Position numbers and translations under genes: made by a program | The notes under the pieces: generated by a model | Database searches by the model: none | What the model was told of the DNA's origin: nothing | The model's input: only the letters and a program-made list of their open reading frames with translations | NCBI RefSeq assembly: GCF_006345805.1 | Contig: NC_043005.1 | Location: forward strand, 79,608,001-79,672,000 | Source of the DNA: Octopus sinensis | Lineage: Eukaryota | DNA length: 64,000 bases | Reading direction: 5' to 3' | Shown here: in pieces, positions 39,673-52,891 of the stretch | Numbering within the stretch: position 1 is the first letter of the stretch | How the letters are laid out: every line of letters begins with the position of its first letter

Positions 39673-40444
39673 ATTATAATAATAAGAGCAATGATCTGAA
39701 CCATAATATAATAATTACATGCTATTCAATTAATAGGGAGAAAGACGCAATTGTTAATCGAAGTAAAAAATTTATAATGTTGAAAATTTAAGTATGACAG
39801 GGTTTACCATATACAACATAGTTAGATGAATAACGGTGATAAAATGGATTATCCAAGCACATAATAGAATATATCTACCTCTAGGAATATTTGAATTAAA
39901 AAAAAAAAATCTAAATACATAAGAGCAGTAAGATCACTGGCTAAAAACTGATGGAAAAGATTTCAATGTATATTGGAGTGGATCTAATTTTAAGGCAATA
40001 GCTTTTTCAGACCTTATTAGGCCTCTTCAGCTTGTGCCCGAGAAAAAATGGAAAGAGGAAGAAGGAGACAGAGGAGACAGATGAAGGAGAGAGAGAAGGA
40101 GAGAGACAATGAAGTGATGGAGATTGATTTTGTTGTTGCTTTTCCATTTCTTTTTGCTTGAGTTCAATACATGTTACTATTGACTTTGCTTGTTGCCTTT
40201 TAGAAAACACGTTAAGAATATTTATATATTTGTTCTGCAAGATTTTTGATGTGAAATCGTGTGTTGAAACAGATATTGTGGTATTTAGGAATGGTCATTT
40301 TGCCAATTTAGCCAATAAAATTACACATAGACACACATAGAGGTATACGCATGCGCAAATGAAGAAACATACAATAGGAATACAAAATGCAAAATGGCTG
40401 ACCGTTAGTAAGGAGAGACACTCAAATAAGAAAGAAGAAAGAAA

Positions 40445-40489
40445 GGACCACTGATGAGCTCACAGGAGTGTGACGAAAGAACTCTGGCC
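40445..40489 (+). ncRNA. Minimal type I hammerhead motif (family P4)
   Basis: ggacca-CUGAUGA (40451-40457), 17-nt stem II with a bulged C, GAAA (40475-40478), G-AA-C stem III, UC|uggcc. Confidence 0.55.
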
Positions 40490-40764
40490 GAAATATGATT
40501 AAGATTAATGTAAAAAATAAATAACGCTGAAGCAAAGTAACCACAATTATATAGTGCGTGTTTTTATTGGCTAAACTGGCAAAATGACCATTCCTAAATA
40601 CAACAATAGTTAAGTATATTATCAAAAATTTGCACCAGTGTTACTTAATTCCATCGACTATACTCTTCGTCATGTAAAAGTGCACTTTGTAGTAATATCA
40701 CAAATAAAACTAATATTTATCTATTATTATTTGGTTGAAATAGTTGTAGAAAATGTTGGCTTTG

Positions 40765-41170
40765 TTGTAAGTAAACTGCTTACCAACCACATGGTTCCAG
40801 GTTCAGTCCCACTGCGTGGCACCTTGGGCAAATGTCTTCTACTATATCCTCGGGCCGACCAAAGCCTTGTGAGTGGATTTGGTAGACGGAAACTGAAAGA
40901 AGCCCGTCGTATATAAGCATATGCATATATGCTTATATATATATAAATATATATATATATTTATTTGTGTGTGTGTTTGTGTGTCTGTTTGTCCCCCCCC
41001 CCCACATCGCTTGACAACTGATGCTGGTGTGTTTACGTCCCCGTAACTTACTGTTCAGCAAAAGAAACAAAGAAGCTTACAAAGAACAAGTCCTGGGGAC
41101 GATTTCCTCGACTAAAGGCGGTGCTCCAGCATGGTCGCAGTCGAATGACTGAAACAAGTAAAAGAGTAAC
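40765..41170 (+). mobile_element. SINE family A with internal (TA)/(TG) tract
   Basis: Head cttaccaaccacatggttccaggttcagtcccactgcgtggcaccttgggcaa; tail ggcggtgctccagcatgg...gactgaaacaagtaaaagag. Confidence 0.85.
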
Positions 41171-42971
41171 AGAGGCAAATCATAGAAATTACGAAATGAA
41201 TAAAGGGGCAGGATTAAATGTCTTTAAATAAGTTTGAGGCAAAATAATCAAGGCCAAGTAAACAGAGTCCAATGCAGTAGGAACACAATTGGAAAAGAGA
41301 TTAAATACTGTTTGACGGTGTTACACTCATCGCTGTGTCTTTCTCTGGGAAGACTTAAAATAGATAAATAGTATATGACTTCGACACGTGTGTTTGTGTG
41401 TCTGTTGCTCTTGTCTAAAGATCGTGGACACCGTCGTCGGTAGTTAAAAACGTTTGAGTAGATTAATTAGTTGTATCGAAGGTGCTTTACTGCTTTCCGT
41501 TATGAGACTAAATCAACATGGAGAACTATAGATATGTGTCCATTCTATTATATAACATCCATTTATCATCGCTCTCCAAGTGTATTGGTCGAACAACTAC
41601 TAAGGACTCCATATAATTTCTTCCATCGCTGTGTTTTATGACACATCGAAAGTGGGAAGCCGAATAATGTGTGATTGATCGGTTTACTATTGCCGTCCCA
41701 TTATTCTTCATTGTAATTTTCCTTTAGACTTCCTTCTCTTAAACAGCTTATCATCTAAACACAGCTCATTTAACTTAATGTTCGTTTGTTGCTTACGTTC
41801 AATATTCTATACGATTCACACTTCCGTTCAAAACCCCGATGATGATACACGCTTGGCTGCTTCCTTTTTATCGATGTCATATACGTTCTGCTTGCTTAGT
41901 TCTGACGTATTAAACCATGTGTTCATGTCGTCATTACACCTGCCTCCTGCACGGATGAAAATAAGTTCAAATCTTGCACGGATATACGAAAAAAAGTTGT
42001 TTTGTATTCAATGCTGAAGTTAACGGTTAGATCATTATCTTGCCCCATTTTATATCTTATTGTATCCGTGTGTTTTGTTTTTACATTATTTGTACCTCGT
42101 CTTGCATTGTGTATATGTGAATGCAAGATAGATTTGTTAATTGCTCTCTGCATTATTTACGACAAAGCAATTGTTTGACTAGTAGCGTAGGTTTATAAGG
42201 AAGACAAGACTCAACCAGTATGTAATGTCGATTTTCATATGAACAGCAAAACGAATTCAGAAACTGGCTTGTTCCGAGAGAGTTAACATCAACTGGCATA
42301 ATTAGCTGAGGCCATTATGTTTCAGTTAAATATGTTTATTGAGATACTATAATCACGATGCACTACTCAGATTATTTAGGCTTTCTGTTTTCTTCTTTCC
42401 TCTTAATTATAGCAATACAAATATATAAAGGATTTTTTTTGAAATGAACAAATAAAAAGGTGGGGCAACTCTCCAACGGTCCATATTGATTTCAAAATAA
42501 ACTAACTAGTTATTATCATGGGAGGAATTGATAGAAAATAACTGATCCATGGACATTTCATATATAATATATATATATATATATGTGTGTGTCTATGTAT
42601 CTGTATACATATATATGTATATCTATGTATATATATATATATATATTATATATATTATATATATTATATATATATACTATATATATATATGATGCATACA
42701 TACATATGTATGTATGAATACAACATATATGTATTTGCGGGTTGTCAATGGGTATGTCTGCGCTTATATGTATACGTTATGCATACAAAATCTCTCTACA
42801 TACATATACAAACATGTAATTATATACGTCCGTATATATTCATAAATCTATGCATGTATATATCCATACATACATACATACATACATACATACATACTTA
42901 CATACATAAAAATATATGCATAGGCTTACAGAAACACACCAAAGCACACACACGCATGCACACGTACATAC

Positions 42972-43210
42972 ACTCACACACGCACAGCGCAAAAATGGAG
43001 GCGCCTGGGTTTGTGGTAAGGGTGTCACACTCATAATCGTATCACTGTCGTTTCGTGTCCTGCACAGGGATGTGCATTGTGCTTTTGAGGAAACACTCTA
43101 CATTTCTTCGTTTCTCTACTGGCAAACATGAGTAATTCTGCGACAGTCACGTCCATTGGGGGTAGTATATATGCCACAGAATCCGAGAAACCGGCATTAT
43201 GAGGCTATGA
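42972..43210 (+). mobile_element. SINE family D (degenerate)
   Basis: tRNA-like head ggaggcgcctgggtttgtggtaaggg...; the tail resembles family C tail i. Confidence 0.55.
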
Positions 43211-43288
43211 CTTGGGAAGGACAAAGATCCTTGTGATATATATGTACAGACATACATTCACATATATTCATATGCATACATACATCCG

Positions 43289-43333
<45 letters not shown>

Positions 43334-43354
43334 GTACATATGTATTTATATAAT

Positions 43355-43548
43355 GTGTGAGATGAGAATGTATGGAAAGTATCCCATAGAAACTCAACAA
43401 ACTGTGAAGGAAGAAGAGATGTTACAAATTTAAAAAAAAAGAATTGTAAAAATATTGTAAAATTTTAATATCTTCTCTTCTCCATCTTTAACAGTCTGTT
43501 GAGTTTCTATGTGATACTTTTCCATAAATTCTCATTTTATACCTCACG
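43355..43548. repeat. Imperfect ~70-80-bp inverted repeat (fold-back/MITE-like)
   Basis: gagaatgtatggaaagtatcccatagaaactcaacaaactgt pairs with acagtctgttgagtttctatgtgatacttttccataaattctc; spacer about 40 nt. Confidence 0.75.
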
Positions 43549-43712
43549 CATGTAATAATTTCATATTTGCAAAAATCTTACGCCAGTAAGCTACCAACGA
43601 AATATGAAGAATCTTTCTTAGAAATCGCCCTTTGGAAAGCTCCAAAAAGTAAAGGATTAAATTGAACTTTACCTTTCCACAAACACCACACACACACACA
43701 AACACGCGCACA

Positions 43713-43755
<43 letters not shown>

Positions 43756-43812
43756 ACACACATATATATATATATTATATATAATATTATATATAATATA
43801 TATATATATATT

Positions 43813-43850
<38 letters not shown>

Positions 43851-43852
43851 GG

Positions 43853-44240
43853 CGCAGGAGTGGCTGTGTGTGGTAAGTAGTTGCTAACAGCCACATGGTC
43901 CGGGTTCAGTCCCCACTGCGTGGCATCTTGGGCAAGTGTCTTCTGCTATAGCCCCGGGGCCGACCAATGCCTTGTGAGGATTTGGTAGACGGAAAACTGA
44001 AAGAAAGAAGCCTGCCGTATATATGTATATATATATGTGTGTGTGTGTGTGTCTGTGTTTGTTCCTCTAGCATTGCTTGAACAACGATGCTGGTGTGTTT
44101 ACGTCCCGTCACTTAGCGGTTCGGCAAAAAAGAGACCGATAGAATAAGTACTGGGCTTACAAAAAGAATAAGTCCCGGGGTCAAGTTGCTCGACTAAAGG
44201 GGTGCTGCTCAGCATGGCCCGCAGTCAAATGGACTGAGAC
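43853..44240 (+). mobile_element. SINE family A, full length. Partial copies at 35005-35100, 38555-38660, 54890-55080, 57120-57520, 57640-57810, 63125-63295
   Basis: ggcgcaggagtggctgtgtg(tg)gtaagtag head through aaaagagta tail. Confidence 0.85.
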
Positions 44241-44479
44241 AAGTAAAAGAGTAAAGAGTAATATATATATACGTATATGTATATGAAATTTAAATATATA
44301 ATTAAAGAATTAAAGTTTAGAAAGGAGACATGAAATACAGTATCCAAACTTTCTTTCAAGGTAAGTCTCAGGTAGTGCTCTGCAGAGCACGTTCACCACC
44401 TGTGGCTACTAGGCGTCATCGGTTATCGGTATTACTGCGCGTTCATCATTTGATCTACGTCTGGAATTCCAAGGTGCAT

Positions 44480-44855
44480 GTAGGGTGTTTTGAAATGACT
44501 GATACTGCAGACGGAGTGTAACCAGAAGCTTTATTAGCATAACAATCGTTTCGGTTTCATTTGCACTGCTCTCCAGGGATGTGAAACGATGTAATGATAT
44601 CAGATGCAACACACCATGCAGTATAGCTTCATCAGGTGATATAACATGCTTCAAAAGTTACCAGATTTACATTTCGTTTTTGCTCCCAGCAAACCACGTC
44701 ACCTGATAAGACTTACCGCACTGTGCGTTGCATCTGATGTCATGACATCTTTCCACATCCTCTAGTGGAACAGTGCAGAGTGAAGCGGAAACGATTGTTG
44801 TTGCTAATAAAGCTTCTAGTTACACCCCTAGTTACGTCTGCCGTAAAAATCATTT
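44480..44855. mobile_element. Old divergent inverted pair of hammerhead-bearing repeat fragments, family P5
   Basis: Minus copy: CUGAUGA 44635-44629, GAAACGAUUGUU 44552-44541. Plus copy: CUGAUAA 44703-44709, GAAACGAUUGUU 44788-44799. Both followed within a few nt by AATAAA. Confidence 0.6.
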
Positions 44856-46834
44856 AATACACACACATACACACACACGCATTCATACACTAGTTCTTTC
44901 AATTTTGAAAGTCCTGAATTTGTAGTGAAGGTTGCTGCAATTATGCATTAGTGTTTACTATATTGTTTGAATGTAGATCAGAGCTAGGTGCAGATAAATA
45001 ACAATCATAGCGCTGTGATCGAGTTCATTTCATCCACACTTGTCTATTCTGTTGGTCACTTCAAATCTTGGATAAATACAAACGTAATCACCATGGGAGC
45101 AATTACAACTTCACTCGATCTGCTAGATATAGCAGTTATACATTCCTCAATTCACACTCCTACTACTTTAGCAAAAATACATTCCATGATGTGGTCCTTC
45201 GGTCTCTTTACTTAAGACAAAGACGAGATAGTCACATATGGAATGCTCAATCAGGACTGACCTAAGGCAACATAATATAAACATAGACAACGAATGAGCC
45301 ACAATGCGGTCTCTCAACTTGTTCGCAGTTGCAGCTACCTTCTCTAAAATACATTCTAGGACCTTAAAATGAAAGAACTCACAATTCTATGTAAACTTTA
45401 ATGCAAATGAAGGCAGAATAGTCAAGATGGAATGTGCTTAACCATAGGTATAGCTGTAGATGCAAGCTAAATCCAAACAACACTTGGAGTACAGTCATAG
45501 CAGAGACAGCACACACTATCGAACTGCGCACGATGATGCTGCTCTTGACTCTGGATATTTTTGAAACAGTAGGTGCATAGATGAAATTAGTTGTTTCACC
45601 GATTATCTTTAAATTGCTTGTCCTTTCAGGTCTGTTATGGGTCTAAATAACAAGAACAATAACTTCAACTACAACACAAAATAGCTTTTTCTACACCGTT
45701 TCAGCTGCATGTATGATACTTTTGTTTAATGTAGATACATTATTGAATTAAAAGTTTCAAATTAGTAGTATCTTTTTTTTTCTCAGGAGGGAAATCTTTG
45801 CACATGACTCTTTATAGGACTTAGGAGACTCGGTGAATAGGAAGGGAGGAAGAAAGGGATCCTAAAACCTCAGATCAGGTTTGTATACTAGCAACAAATT
45901 GGATTCCACTAAATGCTGTTACGATACCGTTTAAAACAATGAGACGGATTAGATTTATCTTTAAGGCTGGAATTGAACCCGGAGTGCAAAGAGGAAGAAC
46001 AAATATGCAAAGAACATGCAGTACTACGTTCTTAAAGATCCACCAATCCACCACATTGGATTGAAACACTTTCATCGGCCCAGAAAGGCAAGAGTGACCT
46101 CGGCTAGATTTGAACTCAGCGAGCTGAATGTCGCAACGAATACCAAGAAACATGGCGAACATGAAAGATGTAAAATATTTGGTACTACAGATATCTTCTC
46201 TTTGCTAAAACCAGAACCAGTACCTACCACGATAACCACCCAATAAGAGATTTTCAACGAGGTGCCTTTATCTTCTGTGAAAAGCTGGCAAACCCCGCTT
46301 AAGTGACATACAACCGTCTTTAAAACACACATTCTTTAATATCCTTTTCAAACATTCTCAGCTTAAATACGAAGGTCTGTGATTTCACCTCTGACAAGAC
46401 CAAACCAGGTTGAAACATCTTGACTGGCAATCTACCCGTATTCTCAGCTAAGTCTCGTGTTTTTAACAAATTATTATACCTAATACTGTTCCTCGTCTGT
46501 ATATACATTTTATATATTATGCATACCAGTATTTTCACGTAATTCTGTTTCAGTCACACACACATATACACACATATATATGTGTGTGTTTATGTATGTA
46601 TGTATGTATGTATGTAAGCATATATACATACATACATGCATTAATGATAATTCTGTCTCGGACAGCAGTCACGATTCTTAAACTCAACAATTGTAATATG
46701 GTTTGTTCTTGTCTGTTGACATGAAACCCAGGGTTCCAATATGTTCTCTCACAAACCAGACACACACTAACACACTTATATATACACGGGCGCGCATGTA
46801 AGATTGTGTGTGTGTGTGTGTGTGTGTATGTGTG

Positions 46835-46885
<51 letters not shown>

Positions 46886-47471
46886 TTGAACCCGCTCATT
46901 CTCTTTTAATGTTTCACTTTCAGATCGACCAGCTGTTCATTGTCTATATTTATCCACCTCATCATCTCAGCATTCATAATTAATGATCCTCTTATATTCA
47001 GTCATTGCTCTCTCTCTAAGTAGTTAAATCCCAACTGTTAGATGTTGCGTGACATCAATATAACAGTATAGTATTCACACATATTTTTGCTCACTTGTAC
47101 ATGTCGCTACACTCTATCTATTTGGCTTCGACATTTATTGATGTGTACCGTAATGACAAAGAGTATAGCTTTTTTATTTTTTCAAATTACCGGTTTGCCA
47201 ATTGTATGTAATCATACATACATATATACATTATAATTATTAACCCCTTCCCCTATATTTCAAGCCTTGCGCCGATAGCAGAAGGGATATTAATTATTAT
47301 TATCATTATCATTGAGTGTGAGAGCAGTGCATGCTATCAAAGTGACTTTGGGGTAAAATATACGAAGCCCAGTATACCCATCATTACTACCTGTCTGACA
47401 AGAATACACTAGGTACATGCATCACAACCATATGTGCACGACATGGTGACTTTCGCGATACCTTCAATATA

Positions 47472-48742
47472 TTGGGTTGTCCGGAAAGTTCGTGCCGATT
47501 TATAGTAGCTTACCTTTCGACTTAATCTAGAACGTGGTTGAGTCCATAAAATAGGATTTGACTACACCTCCATTTAGAGCACAGTTTCAGCTATCTTTTT
47601 GTGCAAGAAGGTTTATGTTCCTGTAACCTGTATTAATTCTGTAACCCTTTAAAATGGTAGATAAGAAATTTCATTTTCGGCACTTGGTGCTTTTCTTTCC
47701 GTAAATGGAAAAATGCCTCACAAGCAACCAAAGAAATATGTGCAGTTTACGGTGATGTTTCTTTATACGAAAGAACTGTGCAGAAGTGGTTCGCAAGGTT
47801 CAGAGCAGGAGATTGTAGCCTTATTGATAAAGAACGATCAGACAGACCATCCACTACAGATGATGACCAAATCAAGTCATTAATTGAGAATAACCTACAT
47901 TGCACAACCCGAGAATTGGCAGAAAGCCTCAACCTATCAAATTACGTCGTTCATGAGCACCTGGTAAATCTGGGCTACAAAAGTCGCTACGATGTTTGGG
48001 TACCACATGAATTGAATGGAAGAACTTTTGGATCGCATTTCCATCTGTGACTCGCTTTATAAACGGAATGAAAACGCGCCTTTGTTTAAAGCAAATTGTG
48101 ACAGGCGATGAGAAATGGAGTGTCTACCGAAATGTCAGAGAAAGCGATCCTGGAGTGAGCGACATGAGCCACCCTTAGTCACCCAAAAGCGAGTCTTCAC
48201 CCTAAAAAATCTTGCTTTGTGTCTGGTGGGATTGGAAAGGAATTCTGTACTATGACTTTCTCCCAAGTAACCAGACAATTAATTCTGAGAAATACTGCAC
48301 ACAACTGGACGAGTAATTCAAGAGAAACGTCCAGAATTGGCCAACAGAAAGGGTGTTGTTTTCCAACATGATAATGCAAGACCGCACGTTTCTTTGGGAA
48401 CCAGACAAAAATTGCTGCAGCTCGGCTGGGATGTGTTACCCCACCCTCTATATTCACCAGATATTGCTCTTTCAGATTTCCACTTATTCGGGTCTCTGCA
48501 GAATAGTCTTAATGGTAACAATTCCAATTCCTTGGATAACGTAAAAAGATACCTTGATGAATTCTTTGCCATGATGAAACCACCCCAATTCTGAGATGAG
48601 GATATTTTCAAGTTAAAGGAAGATAGAAACGCATTGTGCAACAAAATCGTTCATATTTGGTTGATTAAAAATGTAATGGCGAGTATTTATAGACCTTTGT
48701 TTTTTCCTTTAAATCTCGGCACAAACTTTCCGGACAAACCAA
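47472..48742 (+). mobile_element. Mariner (DD34D) element, full length, transposase pseudogene; same family as 36059-37305
   Basis: TA|ttgggttgtccggaaagtt...aaactttccggacaaaccaa|TA; motifs WVPHEL, TGDEKW, HDNARPH, YSPDIALSDFHLF across frameshifts and stops. Confidence 0.92.
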
Positions 48743-49066
48743 TATATCAACGAACCATGTGTGTAGCAAGAAAGAAATCAACGAGTAAATTTAATAAATG
48801 CAACACAAGCGTAAAATACAAACGTTTAGAACTTGGGTTTTCACTCCTGTAATAAACTCATTACGACAGCTGGAGAGCGTTGGCAGAAAATCGGATAAAG
48901 TCAGATCCTATGCTAACAATAAACTTAGAGTCATATATATTGTATACGTTCTTTTTAATTTCTTATTGGTTTCAGCTAAACCCTACATAAATAGACCTTT
49001 GATCAAAGAAGATTTGCCCGTAAGGAGCACATGCTGGAGCACCATCGTCAAAGGGTTTAATATATA

Positions 49067-49571
49067 CTAGCACTATGACCCGGCGTTCCTGTGTCTTGTG
49101 CTAGTGCTTGTTGTTCGTTGCCGGGTCGCAGTAAACATTTCTCACTAAATCAAGAGCTACGTTTCTTATCACATTTCCGCCCGGGCCAGTTTTGTAGTTT
49201 ATGAGCTAGTTGGAACTTTTTATGAGAGTAATTAATATTCATTGGACTTCGGTTTTCACACCTGGAACGACATAATCATGAAAAATTGGCGGGAATGTGC
49301 ACATGCCATTAGTCGGACAAAAAAGGAGCCAGAAGAAAGCGAAAAACTCGAATTTGGCGGCAAAATAACTTACGGTCATATGGGGTCTGTTTATCGATTT
49401 TTTTAATGGTTTTCTGGAGTGGCTGGGGAAATGAAAAGATCTTCACGACAACCCTCAGACAGTTTTGAAAGCCCGTAGAAAATGCGAGCCTTTTACGTGA
49501 AAAACTGGATTTTATAAAGGACACACAGACACACAGATACACAGACATTTTGCCATTTATAGATATAGAGA
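49067..49571 (-). mobile_element. Complete non-autonomous Helitron, 505 bp
   Basis: 5' A|TCTCTATATCTATAAATGGCAAAATGTCTGTG at 49571; 3' AACGCCGGGTCATAGTGCTAG|T at 49067. Confidence 0.75.
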
Positions 49572-49577
49572 TTGCTC

Positions 49578-49990
49578 TGTAAGGCGAAAGATTGGCAGAC
49601 TCGACAGCACACCAGGCAAAATACTTATCGGCATTTTGACCATCTGTACGATATAAGCTTAAATTCCGCCGATGTCAATTTTGCCTCAGGGTCGATAAAA
49701 TACATACCAGTTGAGCACTAGGGTCTAAGTGACTGGTTTACACTCTTTCCCCAACATGCTGGCCTTGTGCCAAAATTTGATACTAATATATAATTCTCCG
49801 TTATATGGCGAGTTCGCAGAATCGTTAGCAAGACAGGCAAAATGCTTAGACACATTTCCTCCGTTTTTTTACGTTCTGAGTTCAAATTCAACCGAGGAGA
49901 TCTTTGTCTTGATGAAATATGTACCAGTTATGCACTGGGGTCGATATAGTCGATTTACGTTCTCCAGTGAAATTACTGGCCTTGTGCGAA
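49578..49990 (+). mobile_element. Two tandem SINE B copies (duplicated at 52290-52690)
   Basis: Family-B consensus. Confidence 0.75.
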
Positions 49991-50191
49991 TTTGCTCCAT
50001 CGCATTTATCCTCTATTGAAGAATACTATAAAGCACTAAAGAGTAACGCGCTTATTATAAGTAAGCCAAACCATGAGAATGGATGAAAATCATATATTTG
50101 TGAAGTAGGTAAGTTATTGTCTTAGTAATTAACTGTAACCGAAAACAGAAATGAAAAAGGGAGACAACTGCAGAATTTGAATCAACAAGTA

Positions 50192-51771
50192 CAGTGATAC
50201 CTTGCAGAACGAGTTTAATTCATTCTATGGCCGAGCACGTTTTACGATCTACTCGTTTTACAAATCAGTTTTCCCCATTGAAATTAATTAAAATATAATT
50301 CATCCGCTCCACACCCCCAAAATTACCCAGAAATCATTTTTTATGGGTTTTAAAACAGAAAAGGTGCAGTTACAAGGAAAAGGACAATTATAAAAACATA
50401 ATAAAAGAGAATGCAAAAGAAATATGAAAACTGGTTTTATTCAATGAATTACCTTAAAGATGGGATGATTTGTGCACGAGGAAGACGATGCAGCGTTGAG
50501 AAAGAGGAGGGGGATTACTGTTTGGAAGGAGATTCTGTTTTCATTAAGACTTCAGGAAGAAAGACTTCTAGCGATTTCTCTTCACACTTCGCTTAATGTA
50601 AGCTTTTTGGAATCTTTCTTCACTGTTCACACTAGCTTTTGGTGGAAAAACATATCAAGAGGAGTCTGCTTTTTCCTGCCTTTCAAATGTTACGAAAATG
50701 CGTCAGAGCAGAGTTATTAAATAAAGCAGCTGTATGACCTGTAAATACTTGTTTATGATGATTTTTTTGCTACAAATTCAGAAACATACTGCCACATTAC
50801 CAACACTGCCTTTGTGTCACGCGTAGAGATAACCTCCGCTACACTGTTCTCTTCCGGGGAGCCAATCTCTTCCACCGCATCCGAATGTTGCTGCTCCTGA
50901 ACCTGCAGGAGTTCATCTGTCGTCATTTCCTCTGAGTGTTCCTCGACGTGATCGTTAATGTCCTCGTCATCAACCTCGTTGCCCATGGACTTGCCAAGAG
51001 ACACTATCTCCTCGACTAGAGGTGTCTCAGATTCAAAACTCTCGAAGTCTGTTTCGGAAACGCAGTTAGGCCATAGTTTCCTCCTGCAGAATCCAGCGTT
51101 CTCCTCGTTCCACCCTGCCAGGCTATTTCAATGATTTACAGGTTCTAACAATGCTGTAGGGCTCCTTCCAAAACTCACGAAGAGTTAGATTTGTATTTCA
51201 GTGACTTCAATGCACCGATGAAACAGGTGCTGGTGTACAATTTCTTAAAATTAGACATCACTAGAGAGCCTGGAGACAACCTTTGGTTGTTGAAACGGCT
51301 TTGATCTCATCCTTTTTCTTCAGGATGGTTCAGATCGTCGATACTTCGGCCATATTGACGTGATATGTCCACCACACATATACCTCTCTCAGGTTTATTG
51401 ATGATTTCCTTCTTTAATTCTATCGTAACCAGCTTTTTCTTCTCGGTTCTGACCTTTGCACTAATCTTCTGAAGACCCATGGCTAATACAACTAATTATT
51501 ATAAAATTATAGTAAAAGCACACAACACTAAAAACTAAAATTTGGAAAACACAATAGGGATGCTGCAACAACGAGATAAACACGTGAACTGAGCGAGCGG
51601 AGGCTGCACTTGTTGGCAGAGCGAGTGCGAGCTCTGTGCCAACTAGCGGTCGCTTGTATGAAACTCGTCGTACTGTGGATTTCCGTTCGTATTTCAAGAC
51701 AAAAATTCGCAAGAGCCTCGGCTCGTACAGCAAATGCTCGAACTGTGGTGCACTCGCCACTACGAGTACTG
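50192..51771 (-). mobile_element. Tigger/pogo-like DNA transposon, internally deleted (copy 1)
   Basis: TA|CAGT...ACTG|TA ends; KKKLVTIELKKEIINKPERG (psq-type HTH start) and SLGKSMGNEVDDEDINDHVEEHSEEMTTDELLQ (Tigger C-terminal region). Confidence 0.8.
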
Positions 51772-52180
51772 TATATCATAAACAGGATCGGCTTTAATAG
51801 CCAGATGTACAATATCGTTAATATAATAGTATTCTAAACATCGAATCCAAATTAATGTTACATGTTAAGAATATTTGTCATCAAAGGTAAGATTTAAGCA
51901 TCCTTATGTTGCTTTCTTAATCCCAAAATGTCAAAATCAAAGTTTCTTAGCAATTATTCTACCGTTTAGATTACTTTGCATCAAACAATCTTATTATTGA
52001 TCATTGAATCAGTATAAATCAGTTTTCTCAGAGGATAAGATATAATATGCGGTAATTTTAATATTATAGTACAAATAGTCAATATAATCTGAGATTAAAA
52101 TCATATCATAGAATTCAATAAATAAAGATACGTACTACCCAGTGTGTGTGTGTGTGTGTGTATCTGTCTGTCTATCTGAC

Positions 52181-52280
52181 NNNNNNNNNNNNNNNNNNNN
52201 NNNNNNNNNNNNNNNNNNNNNNNNNNNNNNNNNNNNNNNNNNNNNNNNNNNNNNNNNNNNNNNNNNNNNNNNNNNNNNNN
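52181..52280. other. Assembly gap (100 N)
   Basis: Run of exactly 100 n. Confidence 1.
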
Positions 52281-52891
52281 AGATTGCTCTGTAAGGTGAC
52301 AGATTGGCAGAATGGATAGCACACCGGGCAAAATGCTTATCTGCGTTCTGATCAGTTCAAATTCCGCCGATGTCAAATTTGCCTCAAGGTCAATAAATTA
52401 CGTACTAGTTGAGTACTAGGATTTAAGTAACTGGCTTACACTCTTTCCCCAAAATGCTGGTCTTGTGCCAAAATTTGACACTAATATATATAGTTCACCG
52501 TAAGGTGGCGAGTTCGCAGAATCGTTAGCAAGACAGGCAAAATGCTTAGACACATTTCCTCCGTTTTTTTACGTTCTGAATTCAAATTCCACCGAGGAGA
52601 TCTTTTTCTTGATGAAATATGTACCAGTTATGCACTGGGGTCGATATAGTCGATTTACGTTTTCCAGTGCAATTACTGGCCTTGTGCGAATTTGCTCCAT
52701 CGCATTTATCCTCTATTGAAGAATACTATAAAGCACTAAACAGTAACGTGCTTATTATAAGTAAGCCAAACCATGAGAATGGATGAAAATCAAATATTTG
52801 TGAAGTAGGTAAGTTATTGTCTTAGTAATTAACTGTAACCGAAAACAGAAATGAAAAAGGGAGACAACTGCAGAATTTGAATTAACAAGTA

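Noticed and set aside
44988-45720. Possible host exon(s) in a low-repeat stretch
   Set aside because: Short ORFs with no recognisable product and no consistent splice-site pair.
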